From Minisyncoccota bacterium (lineage in GTDB: Bacteria; Patescibacteriota; Minisyncoccia; Phycocordibacterales; CAIZLB01), in the NCBI GenBank assembly GCA_021734945.1, contig JAIPIA010000001.1, forward strand, positions 90,243 through 154,242: a DNA stretch of 64,000 bases, given 5' to 3'. Position 1 is the stretch's first letter. Each line of letters begins with the position of its first letter. Under the pieces are notes generated by a model. The model had not been told where the DNA came from and made no database searches. It saw only the letters and a list, made by a program, of their open reading frames with translations. This document shows positions 48,815 through 57,669 of the stretch, piece by piece. Both the position numbers and the translations under genes were made by a program.

Positions 48815-49549
48815 TTGTATCATATAAACATGGCTCATCTTAAATTTGAATCTCAAATTTCTCCCTCTTCACTGAGAATACTCAAAAAACTTTCATCCCC
48901 AAAGAAGATTCAGGATTTCTTGGATACGTTGCCAGTCAACCTAGAAGAAACAAGTGATACGTATATGTCAGTCGAGCGAACTCTAGCTTCGGGTGAAGCA
49001 CATTGTCTTGAGGGTGCTCTTGTTGCTGCATTATCATTGTGGATACAGGGGCAACCACCATTGTTATTAGATTTAAAATCTTCAAATGGTGATGACCATA
49101 TTGTGGCGCTTTTCAAACAAGGAGGAAGATGGGGTGCGATAAGTAAGACAAATCACACAACACTACGATTTCGAGATCCGGTATATGAGACTGTACGTGA
49201 ACTCGCACTCTCATATTTTCATGAATATATACACCTTAAAACTGGAGAAAAGATTTTGGTAAGTTATTCTGAACCCTTTGATTTACGTAAGGTAAAAGCT
49301 GTATATGAACCTGGTGAAGATAGAAATAGTGACATGAGTTTGAAACACAAAACAGTACTCACAAATAAGGAAAGTATAATAGACTGGATATCTGGCAAAG
49401 GAGAATTAGACTGGCTGGCAGATTCTCTTGATGAGTCTGTCCACCATAAGATTTACCCGAGTAGAAATAAGAAATACCTAAGGAAAGCTGATAAAGTAGA
49501 GTTGAGTGCAGGGAACATTGTAGAATGGAATAAAAAAGATAAAAAATAA
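48815..49549 (+). CDS. hypothetical protein (possible papain-like/transglutaminase-like Cys enzyme)
   Basis: 244 aa; GEAHCLEGALVAA candidate nucleophile Cys context; otherwise unrecognised. Confidence 0.45.
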   Translation: MYHINMAHLKFESQISPSSLRILKKLSSPKKIQDFLDTLPVNLEETSDTYMSVERTLASGEAHCLEGALVAALSLWIQGQPPLLLDLKSSNGDDHIVALFKQGGRWGAISKTNHTTLRFRDPVYETVRELALSYFHEYIHLKTGEKILVSYSEPFDLRKVKAVYEPGEDRNSDMSLKHKTVLTNKESIIDWISGKGELDWLADSLDESVHHKIYPSRNKKYLRKADKVELSAGNIVEWNKKDKK

Positions 49550-49611
49550 TTTCATACAATATAAAGCTAAACACTAAAACAGTTTTTCTGTTAAGTAAGC
49601 CAAATAAAAAA

Positions 49612-49639
49612 ACACAGTCATTTCTGGCTGTGTTTTTTT
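49612..49639. terminator. bidirectional rho-independent terminator
   Basis: AAAAAAACACAG-tcatttctgg-CTGTGTTTTTTTATTTT between convergent genes. Confidence 0.6.
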
Positions 49640-49723
49640 ATTTTCTTCTAGACTTCGTAGTTTCTTCTCTATACTTTAAAACTTATGTCTCTTGCTTTCG
49701 TAGGGAAAGTTGAGAATCAAGAT

Positions 49724-50389
49724 TTAGTTAGTATGGAAAACTGCTGGCCATGTAACACTTACATTACCACTCTGATCAGTTGTATAGATCATGTAGAAGT
49801 AATTAGTGTTTGATGCAAGATTTGGGATAGCGATACTCTGTGAACTTCTGAAGTTTGTGTCAGTCATAATTGATGCACTGTTGATATCAACTGCATTTTC
49901 TCGTTCGAATGCTACAAGTGGACTTGTACTATAGTACACAACTCCTTTAGCTAATTCATCAGTTGTCCAAGCGATAGTTGGTACATTTCCGTTAATTGAA
50001 ACACCAACATTTGATATCTGCGCTGATCGTCCTCCTGTAACACTTGCACCCATGTTCATACCGAGAGCCATCTGGGCGTTAAGTACAGGGAGAGTTTGAG
50101 GTCCTACTCGGCCTACTGATGAAATACCGTTTCGCACCTGGAAGTTAGATACAGCTGACTTTGTGAGTGAGCCGAAGTATCCAGTTACAAGACCTTGTGG
50201 GTAAATAGTTGCATCAGATGCAAGGAAAGTCTGGAGTGATGAAACATCGTTTCCTCGTGATCCAACTTCAAGCTGTCGGTAGAGTGTATCTGCTGATGCT
50301 AGTGCTGGCACGACTGAAACTGCAAGTGTTGCAGCTAGGAGTCCTGTTGTAAATAATGCGTTTGTGATTTTTTTTGTTGTGATTTTCAT
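49724..50389 (-). CDS. secreted peptidoglycan-binding-domain protein
   Basis: 221 aa; signal peptide ...ALASA; PG_binding_1-like repeat (LQTFLASDATIYPQGLVTGYFGSLTKSAVSNFQ); beta-rich C-terminal domain. Confidence 0.65.
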   Translation of the reverse strand: MKITTKKITNALFTTGLLAATLAVSVVPALASADTLYRQLEVGSRGNDVSSLQTFLASDATIYPQGLVTGYFGSLTKSAVSNFQVRNGISSVGRVGPQTLPVLNAQMALGMNMGASVTGGRSAQISNVGVSINGNVPTIAWTTDELAKGVVYYSTSPLVAFERENAVDINSASIMTDTNFRSSQSIAIPNLASNTNYFYMIYTTDQSGNVSVTWPAVFHTN

Positions 50390-50623
50390 GTTTTTTAAAT
50401 GTAATTAGTATTTATTAGTATTAGGTTTAGAATATTTTAGTATTCTGATATCTCCTTTGGGTAATGCCATAAATATACGACTGATTATCTATCTAGTACC
50501 CTCTGTTCATAAGAGCCGACCAGTATTGAAAGTCATTACAGAGTTTATAATTTCCTTTTCTTGCTAGAGGTGAGTTCTGGAGGTGCTATTACATTATTTA
50601 GATAAAAATGTATACTTAGTCTC

Positions 50624-51244
50624 GTGAACCTTAGAAAGGCACAGAGTGTGGTAAAGCCACCAAAAGTGTCGGAATCGAAGTTACTCTCAAAGGCGCCTAA
50701 GAAGATGACTAGTGGGCAAAAGGTGGAAAGGCAAGACCAGCTTGCTTCAGCACATCTGAATTATCATAAAAGCTTAAATGCATATGCTTCTTATAAGTTG
50801 AGTGACAGTGTATTAAGTCAAGATTTGGTGCAAGATACATTTATAAAAACGTGGAACTATCTGATGAAGAAAGGGGAGATAAAAGGAATGAAATCTTTTT
50901 TGTACCATGTTCTTAATAATTTAATTGTCGATGAGTATAGAAAAAGAAAGAGAAAAACTGTATCATTAGACGTGTTGCTAGAAAATGGTTTTGCTCCAAA
51001 TACAGGGGAATCTGAATCAATAAAAAACCAAAATATATTTGACGGGAGTCTAGTTGTTCTTTTAATAAAAAAACTACCAATCTCGTATCAAGAGGTGATA
51101 AGAATGAGGTATGAACAAGATTTGTCATTAAAAGAGATGTCGGTCATTATGAAAGAAACAGAAAATACAGTATCTGTCCGACTTCATAGAGGTATACAAA
51201 AATTACGTCTTTTACATGAGTCACATGACGTGACCCATACGTAA
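50624..51244 (+). CDS. RNA polymerase sigma-70 factor, ECF subfamily
   Basis: 206 aa; region 2 (LVQDTFIKTWNYL...DEYRKRKR) and region 4 HTH (LPISYQEVIRMRYEQDLSLKEMSVIM); true start may be an internal Met. Confidence 0.7.
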   Translation: MNLRKAQSVVKPPKVSESKLLSKAPKKMTSGQKVERQDQLASAHLNYHKSLNAYASYKLSDSVLSQDLVQDTFIKTWNYLMKKGEIKGMKSFLYHVLNNLIVDEYRKRKRKTVSLDVLLENGFAPNTGESESIKNQNIFDGSLVVLLIKKLPISYQEVIRMRYEQDLSLKEMSVIMKETENTVSVRLHRGIQKLRLLHESHDVTHT

Positions 51245-51312
51245 ATACATAGAACCTTTCATCTAACCGATATAATTAGAGAATTTGTAAGAAATTACTC
51301 ATATAGACGGCT

Positions 51313-51693
51313 ATGACAGTTAGTATGAACTTATCCCAGAAAATCCTTATAATAGAAGACGAAAAGACACTTGCCAGAGCTCTAGAAATTAAACTTGTTA
51401 AAGCTGGATTTGACGTAAGGGTGGTATTTAATGGTGAAGACGGAATCACACTACTAGAAAAGGATACGTTTGATCTAATTCTCCTAGATTTGATAATGCC
51501 TAAAATGGATGGTTTTGGGGTACTGAATAGTCTTTTGGAAAAAAAAATTAAAATCCCTGTAATCGTTTTAAGTAACTTAAGTCATGAGAGTGATATGAAA
51601 AAAGCAAGAGAATTTGGAGCAAGAGAATTTTATATTAAATCAAATACTCCTCTAAATGTAATTATCGAAAAAGTGAAAAAAATACTTAAATAA
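51313..51693 (+). CDS. single-domain response regulator (CheY-like receiver)
   Basis: 126 aa; ILIIEDE...LILLDLIMPKMDG phospho-acceptor Asp, conserved Ser/Lys positions. Confidence 0.85.
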   Translation: MTVSMNLSQKILIIEDEKTLARALEIKLVKAGFDVRVVFNGEDGITLLEKDTFDLILLDLIMPKMDGFGVLNSLLEKKIKIPVIVLSNLSHESDMKKAREFGAREFYIKSNTPLNVIIEKVKKILK

Positions 51694-51722
51694 TCAAGAA
51701 TAATCAGATATTTTAAAATACT

Positions 51723-53165
51723 ATGACAATCCCAAATAATAAAATATATAAAGTAAACAGTGTACGTAAAAATAAGAATTTGAAAAAAGATATTTCTCCA
51801 TCTGTTGATATTGCTCACAAGCTCAAGGTGCGAGCTAAAGAGAAAGAAAACATTAGACGTAAACTCGCAGTTACCGCAAAGCAATTGGCCTTGGTAGCTA
51901 GAGAAAATGAGAATGCAAGACGTAAGCTAGTAATAACAGCTAAGAAACTCGCATTGAGTGCTAGTGAAAAAGAGACAGCAAGACGCAGTCTCGCAGTCAC
52001 TGCTCGCGAGCTTAAGCGCTTACATTGGACGCTTGAAAAGAAAGTTTTGAAACGAACGAAGGATCTTGACCAGGTTAGGTCTAAAAATGAAGCAATATTG
52101 GCAAGTATAGGTGATGGGCTTGTTGTTGTTGATAAAGAAGGGAAAATTACCTATATAAATAAATCATTTGAAGAAATGCTAGGTTGGAAGTCTCAAGAAA
52201 TTATAGGAAAATCTATGGTTGAGATAGTTCCACGTGAAGATGTAGATGGGGTGGAGGTGCAATTTAAAGAAAGAATTTTGACACAGGTCCTATCTGGCAA
52301 AAAGTTTGTTGCCAATCTCACTAACCCTTTCTACTATATTCGTAAAGATAAGAGTCGTTTTCCAGTGAGTAGTATTATTGCTCCAGTTGTTTTAGCCTCA
52401 AAAATTATTGGAGCAGTGGAGGTGTTTCGCGACATAACAAAGGAAAAAGAGGTTGATAAAGCTAAGACAGAGTTCGTATCACTTGCTTCTCATCAACTGC
52501 GTACACCACTTTCGACAGTGAGTTGGTATAGCGAAATGCTTTTGGCGGGAGATGTGGGAGACGTAACTCCAGAGCAAAAAAAATATATTGAAGAGATTTA
52601 TCGTGGAAATCAGCGAATGGTAAATTTAGTCAACACTCTTCTAGATGTTTCTCGTATTGAGCTAGGTACTTTTATAGTCGAATCCAAGCCAACAAACATT
52701 GTAAAGTTGGTGCAGGGAGTAATAGAAGAATACAGATTGCAAATTCGCGAAAAAAGAATACATTTTTCATTTTCATCAGAAAAAAGTATTCCTAATATAC
52801 AAGTCGACCCAAAGATTTTACGCATGGTTGTTCAAAATCTTTTATCAAACGCTATAAAATATACTCCAGAGGGAGGAAGGGTTTTTATTTCGCTTTTTGC
52901 TCAAAAAGGAAATGCCGTGCTTTTTAAAATAGTTGATACCGGCTATGGAATTCCAAAGAATCAGCAGGACAAGATTTTTACAAAACTGTTTAGAGCCGAT
53001 AACGTAGTTGGTAAAGATACAGAGGGTACTGGTCTAGGACTTTATATTGCAAAATCAATAGTAGAACAATCAGGAGGAAAAATCTGGTTTGAGTCAAGTG
53101 AAAATAAGGGTACTACATTCAATGTAACCCTTCCGTTGAAGAGGAAAAATCCAAAAAAAGCATAA
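51723..53165 (+). CDS. cytoplasmic sensor histidine kinase (coiled-coil repeats, PAS, HisKA, HATPase_c)
   Basis: 480 aa; no TM; PAS-like region (GKITYINKSFEEMLGW); H-box FVSLASHQLRTPLSTV; G-boxes DTGYGIP and GTGLGLYIAKSIVE. Confidence 0.85.
   Translation: MTIPNNKIYKVNSVRKNKNLKKDISPSVDIAHKLKVRAKEKENIRRKLAVTAKQLALVARENENARRKLVITAKKLALSASEKETARRSLAVTARELKRLHWTLEKKVLKRTKDLDQVRSKNEAILASIGDGLVVVDKEGKITYINKSFEEMLGWKSQEIIGKSMVEIVPREDVDGVEVQFKERILTQVLSGKKFVANLTNPFYYIRKDKSRFPVSSIIAPVVLASKIIGAVEVFRDITKEKEVDKAKTEFVSLASHQLRTPLSTVSWYSEMLLAGDVGDVTPEQKKYIEEIYRGNQRMVNLVNTLLDVSRIELGTFIVESKPTNIVKLVQGVIEEYRLQIREKRIHFSFSSEKSIPNIQVDPKILRMVVQNLLSNAIKYTPEGGRVFISLFAQKGNAVLFKIVDTGYGIPKNQQDKIFTKLFRADNVVGKDTEGTGLGLYIAKSIVEQSGGKIWFESSENKGTTFNVTLPLKRKNPKKA
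51837..52025 (+). repeat. three tandem 63-bp (21-aa) repeats inside the kinase N-terminal region
   Basis: KEKENIRRKLAVTAKQLALVA / RENENARRKLVITAKKLALSA / SEKETARRSLAVTARELKRLH; the same repeats produce the mirror ORF on the minus strand. Confidence 0.8.
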
Positions 53166-53278
53166 ATTAAAAATGAACGAATTGATTGTACTTTGATTAG
53201 TAGTTCTGACTATAACGTGACATACTTTGTCTTGAAAGACAAAAAACAGACTATGTAAGTTTTTATAACTTCAAATAT

Positions 53279-53785
53279 ATGACACAAATACGAAAAAACA
53301 AGACAAAAGATAAACCAATCGAGCGTAAAACTATTTTGGTTATAGAGGATGAAAGGTCTCTGCTTGAGATTGTCGACTCAAGGCTTAAGAATAAGGGTTT
53401 TGATGTAATGACTGCTCGTAGTGTTGATGAAGTATTTAATGCTGGAATAGAAGCAAAGGGTATGGGGATTATAGCTGTTAAAAGTATTCAACAGGCACTC
53501 GACTATCTCGAAGATTTAGAAAAAGTAGATGCTATTTGGTTGGATCATAACCTATTGGGTAAAGAGAACGGTTTTGATTTAATAAAGAAAATAAAGGCGA
53601 ATGGGGGAAGATGGAAAAACGTACCTATATTTGTAATTTCAAATTCTGAAAAATCTGAGACAATAAACACGTATATTGAGTTGGGTATAAATAAATACTA
53701 TATTAAGAGTAATCATAAACTTGATGATATAATAGGGGATATTCATAAACATTTGGATGCTAAAGTTAATAAAAGAAAATCATGA
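53279..53785 (+). CDS. atypical receiver-domain protein
   Basis: 168 aa; ILVIEDERSLL...IWLDHNL receiver-like with insertions; 3' end overlaps next gene by 4 nt. Confidence 0.55.
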   Translation: MTQIRKNKTKDKPIERKTILVIEDERSLLEIVDSRLKNKGFDVMTARSVDEVFNAGIEAKGMGIIAVKSIQQALDYLEDLEKVDAIWLDHNLLGKENGFDLIKKIKANGGRWKNVPIFVISNSEKSETINTYIELGINKYYIKSNHKLDDIIGDIHKHLDAKVNKRKS

Positions 53786-54378
53786 CAATAAATCATAAAT
53801 TTATAAATAAAAAATTTGCAATATATGGACTATTACTTATTGTGTTTGTCGGATTAGTCTATCTTTTTTATCCTAGACCTATTGTCGACAGTCGGCATGA
53901 TGCTGATGTGTTTGGTGGCCCAACTACTGCTTATACGTTTGATCCAAAAAATGCCACTTATACTATAGAGGGACAGTCAGTGACTTTAGTAAATGGCGTA
54001 GCAGAAACTCCAAGTGCTCCAGGTTCAGCTTCAATGACGACAACTCGATATTTTGGTAACGAAGCATACGGTGATATTGATGGTGATAATGACAATGACG
54101 TCGCGTATCTTATTACACAAGACGGAGGTGGAAGTGGACTATTTTATTATGCAGTAGTTGCATTGCGTACTTCTACGGGCTATAAGGTTACAAATACATT
54201 TTTGGTAGGCGACAGGATCGCATCTCAGTCGACAGAAATTCATGAAGACTCACAAGAATTGCATGTAAATTTTGCTGAAAGAAAGAATGGTGAACCTATG
54301 AGTGCTGAACCATCTGTCGGCGCTGTACTACTTCTCAAAGTAACTCCAGAGGGAGTTCTTGAAGGTTTGATGAAATAA
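53782..54378 (+). CDS. hypothetical membrane-anchored extracytoplasmic protein
   Basis: 198 aa; N-terminal TM; Gly/Asp-rich beta-like ectodomain. Confidence 0.45.
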   Translation: MTINHKFINKKFAIYGLLLIVFVGLVYLFYPRPIVDSRHDADVFGGPTTAYTFDPKNATYTIEGQSVTLVNGVAETPSAPGSASMTTTRYFGNEAYGDIDGDNDNDVAYLITQDGGGSGLFYYAVVALRTSTGYKVTNTFLVGDRIASQSTEIHEDSQELHVNFAERKNGEPMSAEPSVGAVLLLKVTPEGVLEGLMK

Positions 54379-54639
54379 TAAAATAACCACACTTTGATAT
54401 GTGGCTTTTTACAAAAGTCTATTCTCGGAGGAATTCCTCTATGAATGCTACTTTTTCTTCTTTGCGTCTCGAACCGCGTTTCGAGCATGCTTAGTAGCAA
54501 GACGTTTCTTTGTTTTCTTTGATCTCGATGTCTTGAGTCGAGCGTTGATTCTTTTAGGCATAATGACAGTATACTCTAAAAGTCAGATTTTTGGTATACT
54601 TTATGTATACATTAACAGATAATATTTCTATAAAAAAGC

Positions 54640-55104
54640 ATGGCAGATCCAACATGGTTCAATAAAGTACCTGGCACAACAGAACAATCAGCAGAAAATC
54701 CACTGCCTGAAGAAGACCGTGTTAATTTTCTTGATCCTGAGGCGACCGCAGAAAAAACAGACTATGTTGAGTCTGACGCCGAAAGAGATCTAAAAGTAGA
54801 GCTTAGAGGTATTCTAGATGAAAAAAAATCTAAGGAGATGATAGATTTGCCTGAACTTTCTAAACCTTATCCTTTGTCAGTACTTTGGGGACAGCTTAAG
54901 AGAAATTTTGAAAAAGCCCTTAACGAAAGAGGTTTAACTAAAAATGATTTAGTACGAGTAAATCTGTATCATCTGTTGTACGACAGTAGTCCGATTCCTC
55001 AGTTACCTATTGATAAGTTTGACTTGCCTGGTGGAGATATTGAAAGATTTATTAGAACGGGTGAGTTTTTGAGTAATGGACCAATGTCACTCGAAGATAT
55101 TTAA
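54640..55104 (+). CDS. hypothetical acidic protein
   Basis: 154 aa ORF, no motif. Confidence 0.4.
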   Translation: MADPTWFNKVPGTTEQSAENPLPEEDRVNFLDPEATAEKTDYVESDAERDLKVELRGILDEKKSKEMIDLPELSKPYPLSVLWGQLKRNFEKALNERGLTKNDLVRVNLYHLLYDSSPIPQLPIDKFDLPGGDIERFIRTGEFLSNGPMSLEDI

Positions 55105-55156
55105 TTATGTAATATACAGCAAAAGAAATAATAAAATAGTTTAAAACTATACACAT

Positions 55157-55381
55157 TTGCTCATCCACGTCAAAATAAAACCAGATTCAAAAAAAGATGA
55201 AGTTATTATGAAAAATAGCGCTTCATTTATTGTCTCTGTCAGAGAAGAAGCGAAGGAAAACAAAGCAAATTACGCCATGTTGCTTCTTCTCGCTGAACAT
55301 TTAGACGTTCCTGTATCTATTTTGCGTATTGTTACAGGGCATCATTCTCCTTCGAAGATTATTGATGTAATGGGCAGATAG
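55157..55381 (+). CDS. DUF167 (YggU) family protein
   Basis: 74 aa, TTG start; KANYAMLLLLAEHLDVPVSILRIVTGHHSPSKIIDV matches YggU pattern (GKAN...v.G..sr.K.v.i). Confidence 0.6.
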   Translation: MLIHVKIKPDSKKDEVIMKNSASFIVSVREEAKENKANYAMLLLLAEHLDVPVSILRIVTGHHSPSKIIDVMGR

Positions 55382-55548
55382 AGCACTATCACACCATAAA
55401 TAATTGTGTAAATAAAGTGATACTGAGGCGTCTAATTGTTGTGTAACCATCTTTGAATAGGTGTATAATATAAGTATTATAAAGTGTTTTAATTTGGTCT
55501 AGCAGGTTTATATCTTGCGAAGCCTATAAAATAAATAAATCAATCAAA

Positions 55549-55941
55549 ATGAATATCATCATCAAGGGTTCACATATAGAAATTAGTGAGGCAATTGACG
55601 CTTATGTTACAAAAAAGCTCAAAACCCTCGAAAAATTTTTAGATGCTGATTCTCAGGTTGAGGCAGACTTGGGAAAGACATCTAATCACCATAAGTCTGG
55701 AGATATTTTTAGAGCAGAATTTAATGTTAATTCACACGGTCAGTTTTCACGTGTAGTAGCTGAGGATTCTGACTTGTATGCAGCTATAGATAAAGCACAG
55801 AACGATCTGTTTAATGTTCTTGCATCAAAGAAAGATAAGAAACAAACTTTGTGGAAGCGTGGTGCTCAGACTATCAAGGCGCTTGCACACGGTATGGCAG
55901 GTTCAGCAGGGAGAAAGTTGAAGAGATTGAGAGGTAAGTAA
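55549..55941 (+). CDS. hpf: ribosome hibernation promoting factor / RaiA (sigma-54 modulation protein family)
   Basis: 130 aa; NIIIKGSHIEISEAIDAYVTKKLKTLEKF ... FRAEFNVNSHGQFSRVVAEDSDLYAAIDKAQNDL typical of HPF/YfiA. Confidence 0.85.
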   Translation: MNIIIKGSHIEISEAIDAYVTKKLKTLEKFLDADSQVEADLGKTSNHHKSGDIFRAEFNVNSHGQFSRVVAEDSDLYAAIDKAQNDLFNVLASKKDKKQTLWKRGAQTIKALAHGMAGSAGRKLKRLRGK

Positions 55942-55945
55942 AATT

Positions 55946-56878
55946 TTAAGCAATATAATTCTCAAAATCTTTCCAAGTCATTTCTTTTTTACCTTCAGGT
56001 ACGACTCGTAATATTTCCATTGTTTCGAGTGCTGTATTCCATGAAGCTTCCTTAACTTTTACCCGAATATTTACACCACCATCTACCGTTCCATCTACTC
56101 CTTTACTTGCTCCACCTTTATGTGCAAAAAAGAAAAGACCAGGCCATTCAATGAGAGCATTGTATTTGAGAAATGTATTCCAGCCAGCCTCGCCGGTTAG
56201 TTCATCGAGCGTAATAAACCCGTCTTGTTTCTCAATTTTTTTAGTAAAAGTAGCATTCTCATGAATCTGCTCGGTTAGTTTTAATTTTCCAGAAATATAT
56301 CCCTCTAATGAGTCTGTAAGAATGTTTGCACCCTTTAGCGCTAGGTATTTTTCAAGTTCAGGGTATGGAAGTGGCCATCCTGGGATTTTTTCTTCATGCA
56401 TCGCAACTATTGGACCGTGATCCATTTCTTTATCCATTTGTATGATACTTACTCCTGTGTATTCCATGTCTTGAATGATAGATGTTTGAAGAGGTGTTGC
56501 TCCACGAAGTTTAGGTAAAAGTGAAGGGTGAACATTGAGTGCTCCGTGTTTAGGTATTTGCAAAAGGGCTTCGGGAATTATTTTTCCATACGATGCCACT
56601 ATAAAAAGATCAGGGCTGAGCATCTTTAATGTTTCAATGGTATTTTCTTCCTTTAATTTTTCAAATTGAAAGAAATTAACTCCGTGTGAAAGTGCCCATA
56701 TCTTGAGAGGTGGGGAAGCCATCTCCATTTTTCGTCCGGCAGGTCTGTCTGGAACTGTCACTATTGCACAAGGTACAACGCCTCGCTTTATAAGTTGTTC
56801 GAGCGCATATATAGAGAATTCAGATGTGCCAAAATATATTATATGTGTATCGGTACTAATTTTGGAGTTTTTAGTCAT
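55946..56878 (-). CDS. fmt: methionyl-tRNA formyltransferase
   Basis: IIYFGTSEFS N-terminus, formyltransferase motif HGALNVHPSLLPKLRGATPLQ, C-terminal Fmt domain; ORF track start 56944 is an upstream extension, Met at 56878 (MTKNS...) is more likely; ends 4 nt after def. Confidence 0.85.
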   Translation of the reverse strand: MTKNSKISTDTHIIYFGTSEFSIYALEQLIKRGVVPCAIVTVPDRPAGRKMEMASPPLKIWALSHGVNFFQFEKLKEENTIETLKMLSPDLFIVASYGKIIPEALLQIPKHGALNVHPSLLPKLRGATPLQTSIIQDMEYTGVSIIQMDKEMDHGPIVAMHEEKIPGWPLPYPELEKYLALKGANILTDSLEGYISGKLKLTEQIHENATFTKKIEKQDGFITLDELTGEAGWNTFLKYNALIEWPGLFFFAHKGGASKGVDGTVDGGVNIRVKVKEASWNTALETMEILRVVPEGKKEMTWKDFENYIA

Positions 56879-56882
56879 AAGA

Positions 56883-57629
56883 TTATTTTTTCTTCGCAGA
56901 AATCGCAGAACTTTTTTTACTTCTGTTTTGTTCTTTAGGATCAACCTCTTCTAGGTCCTTCGCTTTATCAATAAACAGAATACCATTTAAGTGATCAACT
57001 TCATGTTGAAAGATATGAGCTAATAAGCCGCCAGCGCCTCTCTCAAAAGCTCTACCGAATTGATCGTAGGCTCGAATAGTTACTTTTGTAGATCGTCTAA
57101 CTTTTCCGTATACCCACCGCACCGATAGACATCCTTCTCCTTCCATCCATTTTTTCTCTTTTGATTCTTTTGTCAGTACAGGATTTATAAAAACAAGGTC
57201 ATCAATAACGGTTTGTGAGCTTGCAACTGTAGGTATGGCACTTTTTACTGATTCAGTTTTTGAGGAATTCTTTGTTGTTCCGTCCGTAGTGTCTGTTTCA
57301 GAAGATTTTTGACTTACTTTTATATCTTCTCCATTTGTTTTGTGAGTAGAAAAGATCTTTTTTGAAACAATAAAAATTCGCAGGGGGATACCAATTTGAG
57401 GTGCAGCAAGTCCGATGCCATCTTCTTGAGAATCCAAAGCCAATTTCATATCCTCTATAACTTGCTGTATTTTTGCAGATTTTATTTCAGATAATGAGAT
57501 TTCATCGGCCACCTGTCGGAGTGCAGGATGTTGACCCTCACTTACAATTTGAGGTACATGTCCTTTTTTGACAAGGATTTCCTTCTTTGCAGGTAGTTCT
57601 TTTTTAGAATTTTTTGAATCATTTTTCAT
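56883..57629 (-). CDS. def: peptide deformylase (long form with Ser/Thr-rich insertion)
   Basis: 248 aa; motifs GIGLAAPQIG, EGCLSV, HEVDHLNG; about 55-aa low-complexity insertion and Lys-rich C-terminal tail. Confidence 0.85.
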   Translation of the reverse strand: MKNDSKNSKKELPAKKEILVKKGHVPQIVSEGQHPALRQVADEISLSEIKSAKIQQVIEDMKLALDSQEDGIGLAAPQIGIPLRIFIVSKKIFSTHKTNGEDIKVSQKSSETDTTDGTTKNSSKTESVKSAIPTVASSQTVIDDLVFINPVLTKESKEKKWMEGEGCLSVRWVYGKVRRSTKVTIRAYDQFGRAFERGAGGLLAHIFQHEVDHLNGILFIDKAKDLEEVDPKEQNRSKKSSAISAKKK

Positions 57630-57669
57630 ATGTAGTGTGTATATGGTGTATTCTGCATTATATCGTTAA

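Noticed and set aside
51815-52000. 61-aa minus-strand ORF within the histidine kinase
   Set aside because: Created by the 63-bp tandem repeats; reverse-frame mirror of the coiled-coil repeats.
54401-54622. 73-aa plus-strand ORF (MAFYKSLFSEEF...)
   Set aside because: Phe/Arg-rich low-complexity; the opposite strand encodes a more plausible small basic peptide; probably non-coding.
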